The notes under the pieces are model-generated. The model was given only the letters and a program-made list of their open reading frames with translations. It was not told the origin of the DNA and did no database searches. A DNA stretch of 64,000 nt from an uncultured Terriglobales bacterium (lineage in GTDB: Bacteria; Acidobacteriota; Terriglobia; Terriglobales; Acidobacteriaceae): positions 20,496-84,495 of the forward strand of contig CAYNPS010000001.1 of assembly GCA_964399125.1 (NCBI GenBank), in the 5' to 3' direction. A program made the position numbers and the translations under genes. Each line of letters begins with the position of its first letter. Within the stretch, counting starts at the first letter, position 1. Positions 26,629-34,217 of the stretch are shown piece after piece.

Positions 26629-28398
26629 ATGAAGCGTACGGGCAAAGTGTATTCAATCGCTGTCGTCATTCTGTTTTTAATTGCAGTCACCCGAGCATTT
26701 GCTCAGGCTCCAGTCAAAGACGATGCCTACATTACATCCGCCAGTGCCGGAAGCAATTTCGGCGGCAACGCTTCACTAGTCGTACAAACAGGCACTGCCT
26801 CGGGCAGCAACATCTGCAACCTAGGCAGTTGCAGTTATATCCGGTTTGATCTCAGTCGTCTTCCAAGTGGCCTGACAAAGGATCTGGTCTCGAAGGCCAC
26901 CGTAAAACTGTATCTCACCGCGGTGACTGCAAGTGGAAGTTTTGATGTCATTGAGGTCGGCGGCACTTCGCAGAACTGGTCGGAATCCACGCTCACTTAT
27001 AGCGCGCAGCCGAGCTCCGTGGTCCAGGTCCTCCAAACAGGTATTTCCGTCCCCAGCACAAGTTCGAAGTACCAGTATATTGAAGTCGACATCACAGCTG
27101 CGGTGAAAGACTGGCTTTCCGGCACTGTCTACAACAACGGTATCGTGATTCGGCCCTCCAGTGGATCTTCAATCTCCGCAACCTTCAGCTCGAAGGAAGA
27201 CTCAACCTACAGCCATGATCCCGAGCTGAACATTGTTTTCAGTCAAGCGGCATCACAGATTGTCGGAACCATTGCTCCCAGCCAGATTGGTCCCGGTACT
27301 GCAAACATCAATATCAGCGGGAACGCTGCCACCGCAACTTTAGCCACTGGCCTGAGCAACCCGTTGCCTGGGCAGTGTCCAATGGGGCAATTCGCCGGTG
27401 GCATTACGAACACGGGCAATGTTGCGAGTTGCGGGGCACCATCCGCAACGAGTCTTTCCGGTGTGGTTCCGATCACGTCTGGCGGCACCGGCGCAACCAC
27501 AGCCCCAGGAGCTCTCTTGAACCTCGGTGGATTGACCAGCTCCGCCCTCGCCACCAAGGCCGACATCACCGCTCCGGTGAAAGTCGACCAGACCGCACAG
27601 GCCAATGGCGCCTGTGCGACCGCGAACGCGGTCGTGCTGAACCCTACCCAGCCCGCCGGACAGCAGGTCTTTGTCTGCCACCAGAATCAAGATCAATCCC
27701 TGACCTGGATATCGGTGAACGACGAGACTTCCCTGCAGCAGCAGATCGCGGCACTGACGACCAACTCAGCAACCGCCGCCGCGGCTCTCAATGCTGAGAT
27801 TCAGCGCGCCGAAGCAGCCGAGGCCACATTGACGACCAATCTCAACAAGGAGGTCACTCGCGCAACCGGTGCCGAGCAGACACTGACCACGAATCTCAAT
27901 GCCGAAGTGACCCGCGCGACGACCGCAGAGTCGGCGAATTTGGCCACAGCAAAGAGCTATACCGACATTTCCGTGAGCGCCGAGACGAACCGCGCCCAGG
28001 CAGCCGAATCGAGCTTGAGTAATGGTATCGGTTCCGTTACTTCGAGCCTCACGAGTGAAGTCGCCCGAGCGACCACAGCCGAGGCTGGTTTGCAAACGGG
28101 CTTCACCAACGGGCTGGCAACGAAGGCCGATATTAACGCTCCCATACAGGTCGACATGACCGTAACCGCCGGAACGGCTTGTACATCGGTGAATGCCATC
28201 CGGCTGAACCCGTCGCAGGCTGCTGGCCAGCAGGTGTTCGTTTGCCAGGACAATGGCAGCACAAAAATTTGGGGATCACTTAATGACGAGGCTGCGTTGC
28301 AAGCACAGGTGAACACGCTGCAGAGCAATAGTGGAACGCAACAAAGCGCGCTTAGCGCCGAAACTGCGGCTCGCATCGCCGGAGACAACAAGCTCTAA
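26629..28398 (+). CDS. Segment 1/3 of a large repetitive secreted fibre/adhesin-like protein (signal peptide plus DNRLRE/CBM-like beta-sandwich plus coiled-coil repeats)
   Basis: 589 aa with a GGAGG Shine-Dalgarno and signal peptide IAVVILFLIAVTRAFA/QAP. The N-domain pattern is D.AYI......NFGG...L.V...IRFDLS.LP...ATVKLYL...W.ES.LTY..QP...DIT.AVKDW..G...NNGIVI. Repeats of the form L(T/S)xE(V/T)xRAxxAE follow. The frame ends at TAA 28396..28398, while the same motif continues in the -1 frame. Confidence 0.75.
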   Translation: MKRTGKVYSIAVVILFLIAVTRAFAQAPVKDDAYITSASAGSNFGGNASLVVQTGTASGSNICNLGSCSYIRFDLSRLPSGLTKDLVSKATVKLYLTAVTASGSFDVIEVGGTSQNWSESTLTYSAQPSSVVQVLQTGISVPSTSSKYQYIEVDITAAVKDWLSGTVYNNGIVIRPSSGSSISATFSSKEDSTYSHDPELNIVFSQAASQIVGTIAPSQIGPGTANINISGNAATATLATGLSNPLPGQCPMGQFAGGITNTGNVASCGAPSATSLSGVVPITSGGTGATTAPGALLNLGGLTSSALATKADITAPVKVDQTAQANGACATANAVVLNPTQPAGQQVFVCHQNQDQSLTWISVNDETSLQQQIAALTTNSATAAAALNAEIQRAEAAEATLTTNLNKEVTRATGAEQTLTTNLNAEVTRATTAESANLATAKSYTDISVSAETNRAQAAESSLSNGIGSVTSSLTSEVARATTAEAGLQTGFTNGLATKADINAPIQVDMTVTAGTACTSVNAIRLNPSQAAGQQVFVCQDNGSTKIWGSLNDEAALQAQVNTLQSNSGTQQSALSAETAARIAGDNKL

Positions 28399-28406
28399 CT
28401 ACCAAC

Positions 28407-30083
28407 TTGAGCAATGAGGTCACTCGTGCAACCAGTGCCGAAACAAGCCTGACTACTAACATCGCTGCCGAAGCATCACGTGCCCAGGCTGCAGAGACAA
28501 CCGTCGCCGCCAACGTGGTGACGGAATCGAACCGTGCGCAGAATGCCGAATCCACACTGACGCAGAGTGTCAGTGCAGAAACGACTCGCGCCATGACCGC
28601 CGAAGCCACCAAGGCCGACATCATCGCTCCGGTGAAAGTCGACCAGGCCGCACAGGCCAATGGCACCTGTGCGACCGCGAACACGGTCGTGCTGAACCCG
28701 ACCCAGCCCGCCGGACAGCAGGTCTTTGTCTGCCACCAGAATCAAGATCAATCCCTGACCTGGATATCGGTCAACGACGAGACCTCCCTGCAGCAGCAGA
28801 TCGCGGCACTGGCGACCAACTCAGCAACCGCCGCCGCCGCTCTCAATGCTGAGATTCAGCGCGCCGAAGCAGCCGAGGCCACATTGACGACGAATCTCAA
28901 CAACGAGGTCACTCGCGCAACCGGTGCCGAGCAGACACTGACCACGAATCTCCATGCCGAAGTGACCCGCGCGACCACCGCTGAGTCGGCGAATTTGGCC
29001 ACAGCAAAGAGCTACACCGACGCTTCCGTCAACACCGAAGCCACTCGTGCTCAGGGCGCCGAAACGACACTGACTACCAACATCGCTGCCGAAGCATCAC
29101 GTGCCCAGGCTGCAGAGACAACCGTCGCCGCCAACGTGGTGACGGAATCGAACCGTGCGCAGAATGCCGAATCCACACTGACGCAGAGTGTCAGTGCAGA
29201 AACGACTCGCGCCATGACCGCCGAAGCCACCAAGGCCGACATCATCGCTCCGGTGAAAGTCGACCAGGCCGCACAGGCCAATGGCACCTGTGCGACCGCG
29301 AACACGGTCGTGCTGAACCCGACCCAGCCCGCCGGACAGCAGGTCTTTGTCTGCCACCAGAATCAAGATCAATCCCTGACCTGGGTATCGGTGAACGACG
29401 AGACCTCCCTGCAGCAGCAGATCGCGGCACTGACGACCAACTCAGCAACTGCCGCCGCGGCTCTCAATGCTGAGATTCAACGCGCCGAAGCAGCCGAGGC
29501 CACACTGACGACGAATCTCAACAACGAGGTCACTCGCGCAACCGGTGCCGAGCAGACACTGACCACGAATCTCCATGCCGAAGTGACCCGCGCCACGACC
29601 GCTGAAGCCAGCACATTAAGCTCAGCTAAGAGTTACACCGATGCTTCCGTCAATACCGAAGCCACTCGTGCGCAAAGCGCGGAAGCCGCTTTGAACAGTA
29701 CGATCGGCAGTGTTAGCACGAGCCTCAGCTCTGAAGTCAGCCGAGCTACAACTGCTGAAGCAGCACTGCAGGCTTCGGAGGCGACAAAAGCGGATGCGAA
29801 GACTCCCATCCTCGCGGTGAGCACTTTGGTTTCAACTGATTGCGTTCCATCGAATGCCAATCGCGTAGTCCTGCTCAGCTCTTCGCAGCAGATTTACATC
29901 TGCAAGGACAATGGAGACAACACCGCGTCGTGGGTCCTCGCGAATAACATCGATTCGGGATCTATTACCAACAGCCAATTACAACATAATTCCTTGACCG
30001 TGGCCGCGGGCAGCGGATTGGCGGGTGGCGGTTCAGTTGCGCTGGAGGAGCGACCACCCTCTCGGTTGCCCCCGGAGGCATAA
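28407..30083 (+). CDS. Segment 2/3 of the same repetitive protein
   Basis: 558 aa. It continues ...ALTTNLSNEVTRATSAE in phase with the segment-1 repeats. It contains two 207-aa near-identical tandem units. Confidence 0.75.
   Translation: MSNEVTRATSAETSLTTNIAAEASRAQAAETTVAANVVTESNRAQNAESTLTQSVSAETTRAMTAEATKADIIAPVKVDQAAQANGTCATANTVVLNPTQPAGQQVFVCHQNQDQSLTWISVNDETSLQQQIAALATNSATAAAALNAEIQRAEAAEATLTTNLNNEVTRATGAEQTLTTNLHAEVTRATTAESANLATAKSYTDASVNTEATRAQGAETTLTTNIAAEASRAQAAETTVAANVVTESNRAQNAESTLTQSVSAETTRAMTAEATKADIIAPVKVDQAAQANGTCATANTVVLNPTQPAGQQVFVCHQNQDQSLTWVSVNDETSLQQQIAALTTNSATAAAALNAEIQRAEAAEATLTTNLNNEVTRATGAEQTLTTNLHAEVTRATTAEASTLSSAKSYTDASVNTEATRAQSAEAALNSTIGSVSTSLSSEVSRATTAEAALQASEATKADAKTPILAVSTLVSTDCVPSNANRVVLLSSSQQIYICKDNGDNTASWVLANNIDSGSITNSQLQHNSLTVAAGSGLAGGGSVALEERPPSRLPPEA
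28437..29678 (+). repeat. Two tandem 621-bp coding repeats, near-identical
   Basis: Unit 1 is about 28437..29057 and unit 2 about 29058..29678. 28458..28763 shows no mismatch by eye against 29079..29384. The track shows identical antisense ORFs at 28476..28751 and 29097..29372, offset by 621. A third, roughly 410-bp partial copy lies at 27556..27965. Confidence 0.9.
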
Positions 30084-30091
30084 CGCCTTCG

Positions 30092-30454
30092 ATGGTCAGC
30101 ACCGGCACCTACAACATTGAGATCTCCGGTAATGCCGGAACGGTGAGCAATGGTGTTTACACAACCGGTTCCTACGTCAACCCGAACTGGATCGCTTACC
30201 TGGACGGCAGCAAAGTGACAGGGGTCGTGGCCAATGCAACGAATGCCGCCAACGCAGCCTTCGCGACGACAGCCGCCACATCAGCTAATTTTAGTGGCTC
30301 TCTCAATGGCGACATCACTGGCGCGCAGGGCGCAACGGTTGTAACCAGCATCGGCGGTATTGCCGCGACCAACTTCGCGCGTACCGATGTTGGAAACATT
30401 TTCGCTGCGGGCACTCATTCAAATACCTCGCTCGAAAGAGCTTTTGTTGAATAG
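30092..30454 (+). CDS. Segment 3/3 of the same repetitive protein (C-terminal region)
   Basis: 120 aa. Upstream, the frame reads GGATTLSVAPGGITPSMVSTGTYNIEISGNAGT, which continues ...SGLAGGGSVAL of segment 2 after a 1-nt shift near 30044. Confidence 0.65.
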   Translation: MVSTGTYNIEISGNAGTVSNGVYTTGSYVNPNWIAYLDGSKVTGVVANATNAANAAFATTAATSANFSGSLNGDITGAQGATVVTSIGGIAATNFARTDVGNIFAAGTHSNTSLERAFVE

Positions 30455-30632
30455 GTCCGATGCAGTGCGGCAGATTGAGAGTTGCTCCGCCATCATCCAA
30501 CTCTGGCAGAAGAATGAGACAAATCAAAGCAGACCTCACCCTAAGCAATCTCGGGTTGTGGTCCGATTGTCAGAAGCTTATCCAACGAAACCGTGAGTTC
30601 GTTAAGCATCGCTCGTGGAACGGTAGTTCTCT

Positions 30633-30958
30633 TTAAGCTGCCGCTGAACCTTTTGCGATCGACCGCTCGGGCGATGCCGGCCGGTTCACCCTCGCCACAG
30701 CGAGCAGCACTTGGCACAGCTCCTGTCTGTTCACTGGTTTTGCAGGATAGATGTCAGCATAAGGTTCGCCTCCACGCAGTGCCTGCGGCAGGGAGCGACA
30801 CGCAACTTAATGGGGATGCCAGGGATTTTCGCCTCTGCAACAATCTCAGCAACGAATTTCAGATCCCAATCCAGCACGATTACACTGTACTGATTTTTGC
30901 TGACTCCTTCGAACGAGTTCGGTCCTTCGCATCGGACCAGCTCTAATTCTCGATAACA
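30633..30958 (-). pseudogene. Decayed response-regulator receiver domain
   Basis: Minus-strand fragments are ...ELELVRCEGPNSFEGVSKNQYSVIVLDWDLKFVAEIVAEAKIPGIPIKL and, in another frame, SLPQALRGGEPYADIYPAKPVNRQELCQVLLAVARV. There is no usable start and at least one frameshift. It abuts the terminator of the neighbouring gene. Confidence 0.55.
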
Positions 30959-31011
30959 GGATGGTGCCGTAGAACGCCTCTCACATGCAGAACACGGATG
31001 GAAAGAAAAAA

Positions 31012-31031
31012 GCCGCCCGGAGGCGGCTTCG
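31012..31031 (-). terminator. Rho-independent terminator of the 31055..31804 gene
   Basis: The minus strand reads AAGCCGCC-TCCG-GGCGGCTT followed by TTTTTCTTTCC. Confidence 0.75.
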
Positions 31032-31054
31032 CTTGGAATAACGGAAAGGCTGTA

Positions 31055-31804
31055 TCAGCCGCGCAGCTTCCGGTACATATTTCTCATTACCCCGACAGCG
31101 CCTAAACCCGCGCCGATCAACTGGAAGGTGGCCGGTTCTGGCACTGGTGTAGTCGGAACACCGGGGACATCAACACCGGGAGTGGTACTAAACGAGAACG
31201 TAGCACTGGTAATCCTCGTATCGCTGTTGATCGCAGAGTCGGTGATCGTGAAAGTCGCCGTCTGGTTCAAGAATGGATTGTGAGGACCGTTGCCGTCAAT
31301 CGATCCATTTGCATTGGAATAGGTGGCTCCGCCGGGAGGACCGATGATGGTCTCGGACGGATTTGCAGTGACTGGATCGTAGAAGCTGGCGGAAGAACAG
31401 ATCACACACAGGATATATGACTTCGCGCCCGTGCTGCCAAAACCCCAGCCGGTACTAGCGGCGGTGCTTGCGAGCGTGAAGCTTCCATTCGTGTTGACAG
31501 TAACCTGCTGCGCGGAGCTGGTAAATCCGGGGGTACCGGTGAGGCCGAGATTGAGCGTGAACTGTAGGTCACTAAGCAGTTGCCCAGCATCCTTCGGATT
31601 AGCGAGCAAATCTTGCAGTGTAATCTGCAACTGGCCCGCGCTGACGGTGAAGGTCGCATCTGCGCTCACCGGTCCAGCGGAGGTCGAGCTGCCGCTTGGG
31701 GTTGAATAGGTGATAGTGGAAGCGGAAAGGCTCGCGGTAAGAGAGAGAAAAAAAGCAACTCCCACACCAACCAGCCGTCGTTTGAGATCTAGCTTGCTAA
31801 TCAT
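31055..31804 (-). CDS. PEP-CTERM sorting-domain protein
   Basis: 249 aa with a signal peptide. The C-terminus is TPVPEPATFQLIGAGLGAVGVMRNMYRKLRG: a PEP motif, a TM helix and a basic tail. Confidence 0.88.
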   Translation of the reverse strand: MISKLDLKRRLVGVGVAFFLSLTASLSASTITYSTPSGSSTSAGPVSADATFTVSAGQLQITLQDLLANPKDAGQLLSDLQFTLNLGLTGTPGFTSSAQQVTVNTNGSFTLASTAASTGWGFGSTGAKSYILCVICSSASFYDPVTANPSETIIGPPGGATYSNANGSIDGNGPHNPFLNQTATFTITDSAINSDTRITSATFSFSTTPGVDVPGVPTTPVPEPATFQLIGAGLGAVGVMRNMYRKLRG

Positions 31805-32514
31805 GCTGCTCCTTACATACCCGTGGTCGTGGTAGAAGAGGCAATTACGCGGCCATAGGCGGGATCTTGCGCGAGCTGGGTAAGTTGCTCAAAAACAGGG
31901 GCAAGTCTCGACCAATTTTTGCTTTGGTGCCCAACCGTTCCGATGAAGGCATGCAATGTGTTGCACTTTGAAGGAAGGCTTCTTCCGAACTCGCTTCTTA
32001 TCAAAGAAGTAAACTCTAGCAGCCTTGCTAATACCGCCTCGGTAATGGGCTAACCTGTTAGCATAGTTGAGTTAGTAATCAAGTCGCGCCTCGAAGTGCA
32101 TGGTTCGGTTGACCTAAAGTAACCACAATTCTTGGTTACTTACTGGATAAGAAACATCGTCTATAAGGAAAAGATTTTCCCGACGAGTTTGCAACTATTT
32201 TCACCGTCGAATCTGCACGGGCTGTAAACACAAGAAGGAGCGCCTTTGCCGAGTGGCGCCATAAATGCACTACTCACGTTGCCAAGCAACAGCGGACCGA
32301 GATCGTCAGTAACTATCGACGGTAACTGTCAGAGCTTGAAAGCGAATGCAAGGCAGTGTAGCGAGGAGCAGCTGTGGTTACTCTCGTAATCTCGGCAGAC
32401 GGTCGATCATAAGTTGAGTTCGCATCGCGAAACAACACTGTCTTGCGATTCGGCATCAACTCTGGAGTTGTGCGTAGAACTTGGCATATTCGGTTCAACG
32501 TGGAAGGTGCTGAC

Positions 32515-33153
32515 GTGAAACGAACCCTGGCATTGGCTCTCGTAGGAACTATCGGACTGTTCTTCACCACGGCGGCATTTGCCGACAACATCATCGTTGC
32601 CAGTACGGGCTCGGCGGCCGATCCTGGCCAGACCAACTCCATGGGTGCCACTGTTGCCATCAGCGGGAATCCGGCGTGGGCGAAGGCACTCGGGACCTCT
32701 TCATGGGTGTCATACGTAGATAGCGGCAACCCGACTGACGCCGGCTATGTTCAGGTCGCCAATGGCACTGTAGTCAGTTTCTTTGATCGGTTCACGGTTA
32801 CCGGAACTCCCACTTCCGGGTGGATCGAAGTCATGGCCGACGATTCTACTTCGGTCTGGCTGAACGGCCATCTGTTGGTTGCGGAAGCCAGCACTACCAA
32901 CAACCACTACAACACCTGCTCCGATTTCGCGATTGGTTGCCGGGGAGCCTATCAGATCCAGTTTGACCAGACGGATCTAGTCACTGGCACAAACCTACTG
33001 CAGTTCGACGTAGCCCAGCGTGCAGGCGTCTCCTACGGGTTGGACTATTACGGGGAGATTGATCCGATAGCGTCGGTGCCTGAACCGTCCAGCCTTCTGC
33101 TGCTCACCTCTGCGGTCTGGGGCGTTGCCTTGCGTCGTCGCTGGAAACACTAA
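32515..33153 (+). CDS. PEP-CTERM sorting-domain protein
   Basis: The track ORF starts at 32443. The GTG at 32515 (GGAAGG upstream) gives the signal peptide VKRTLALALVGTIGLFFTTAAFA. The C-terminus is SVPEPSSLLLLTSAVWGVALRRRWKH. Confidence 0.85.
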   Translation: MKRTLALALVGTIGLFFTTAAFADNIIVASTGSAADPGQTNSMGATVAISGNPAWAKALGTSSWVSYVDSGNPTDAGYVQVANGTVVSFFDRFTVTGTPTSGWIEVMADDSTSVWLNGHLLVAEASTTNNHYNTCSDFAIGCRGAYQIQFDQTDLVTGTNLLQFDVAQRAGVSYGLDYYGEIDPIASVPEPSSLLLLTSAVWGVALRRRWKH

Positions 33154-33164
33154 ACGCGAACCCA

Positions 33165-33195
33165 GGAGCGCAGCAGCAATGCCCTGCTGTGCTCC
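33165..33195 (+). terminator. Candidate stem-loop terminator after 32515..33153
   Basis: GGAGCGCAGCAG-caatgcc-CTGCTGTGCTCC forms a 12-bp stem with one G-U pair. The downstream T-tract is weak. Confidence 0.35.
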
Positions 33196-33431
33196 TCGCT
33201 CGTACCGGCGCTCGACTCGCGCCAGCACGGCTTTACGCCGCTTGATCCTCCGACTTCTGGCTGAAAGAGCTTATCTCGTTCGACACCTCCAAGGCAGTCA
33301 CGTTTCGAAGCATCCTGTATGAAGTGCTCCCACTCCCATCCGCTGCACCAATCGGATTGAGAGTTCTCGGTTAATTCCTATTTCAGCGGGGGATGAGGTC
33401 TAGAGCAGGGACGGTGTCTGAGCCCCCTGCT

Positions 33432-33800
33432 CTAGGTCCCTGTAGCAGCCTTCTTAATGCTTGCGTCTCTCGTCTCTGCGCGAATGCTGCCGGCGGCCAA
33501 GTAGTCCAACGAAGTGTACGGACGTTGCTGTTTGTAATCGTGTCGCCAGCTCTCGATCTTCTGTCGCGCGTCCTTGAGCGTGACAGACCAGTTGGCACTC
33601 AAGCATTCGTCGCGCAGTCGTCAGTTGAAACTCTGCACCTTGGCGTTCTGCACGGGCTTGCTCCGTTGAGTGAACTTTAGCCGAACCCCTCGTTGTTCGC
33701 TCCAGGCACCCGGCGCTCGGCTGCGGAACTCTGGCCCATTTCCAATACGATCGCGTCTGGCAGTCCTTCAATTCCTGCCAATTTGCTCCAGAACACAACA
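33432..33800 (-). mobile_element. IS3-family transposase (OrfB/rve C-terminal part) relic
   Basis: The minus strand reads ...LAGIEGLPDAIVL, then a frameshift, then NGPEFRSRAPGAWSEQRGVRLKFTQRSKPVQNAKVQSFN*RLRDECLSANWSVTLKDARQKIESWRHDYKQQRPYTSLDYL. This matches the IS3 OrfB pattern DNGxEF...PGKPxQNxxxESFNGRLRDE...YNxxRPHSSL. There is an in-frame TGA in place of the Gly codon. The N-terminal part and the inverted repeats are not seen. Confidence 0.7.
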
Positions 33801-34217
33801 GACTCATAGACCAGCCAACGAAGGCGTCGGAAAATCAATATGCGAACATTCAGTTGCTTCATGACAAAGTTTGTTACCGTCTTCGCAATCAAAGCTCAAA
33901 TGTGTTTGGTTCAATTCCCATCCGCTACCTTGCAGTGACATGCCAAGGGCCAGCAGAAAAGGCTTGCGCAGTCGGGGCGAGTGGGAAAACGCAAGTACTC
34001 AAACTCCGCACTTTCTTGCACATTTAACAAGCTCCGGCGAGGCAAGTAGCTGAATTCTCGAGTGTCGCTTGTGGCGTTTCACGTGCAGAAGAACCACCAG
34101 AATCCGTTTACTCGGGTGGCGATAGGAATATCTGTCTATCTGTCACTGTAACGCCACTCGCATCGGAACGGAATACCTCTGGGGATCTCAAAAAAATTTG
34201 ATGTGAGGTGAGGAAGT

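Noticed and set aside
28385-28400. Programmed -1 ribosomal frameshifting as the explanation for the split fibre gene
   Set aside because: Neither junction has an X XXY YYZ slippery heptamer or an obvious downstream structure. Both look like single-base homopolymer losses, so error or pseudogenisation is more parsimonious.
27243-29372. Several 84-144-aa antisense ORFs inside the repetitive fibre gene (for example 27243..27605, 28352..28684, 28476..28751, 29051..29305, 29097..29372)
   Set aside because: They are mirror images of a strongly patterned sense-strand coding repeat. The identical pairs simply reflect the 621-bp DNA duplication. No starts or Shine-Dalgarno sites are present.
28437-29678. 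Tandem repeats as a CRISPR array or satellite
   Set aside because: The units are 621 bp, have no spacers, and keep a long open frame with amino-acid-level periodicity. They are coding repeats.
30593-30946. 117-aa plus-strand ORF
   Set aside because: The opposite strand carries recognisable, although decayed, response-regulator receiver motifs. The plus-strand product has no features.
32482-32497. Sigma-54-like TGGCAT-N5-GTTCA upstream of the 32515 PEP-CTERM gene
   Set aside because: The invariant -12 GC is missing (TC instead). The site also sits only about 20 nt from the start codon, overlapping the Shine-Dalgarno region.
33895-33935. tRNA-like GGTTCAATTCC string
   Set aside because: The flanking bases cannot form a T-stem or an acceptor stem. 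No cloverleaf is possible.
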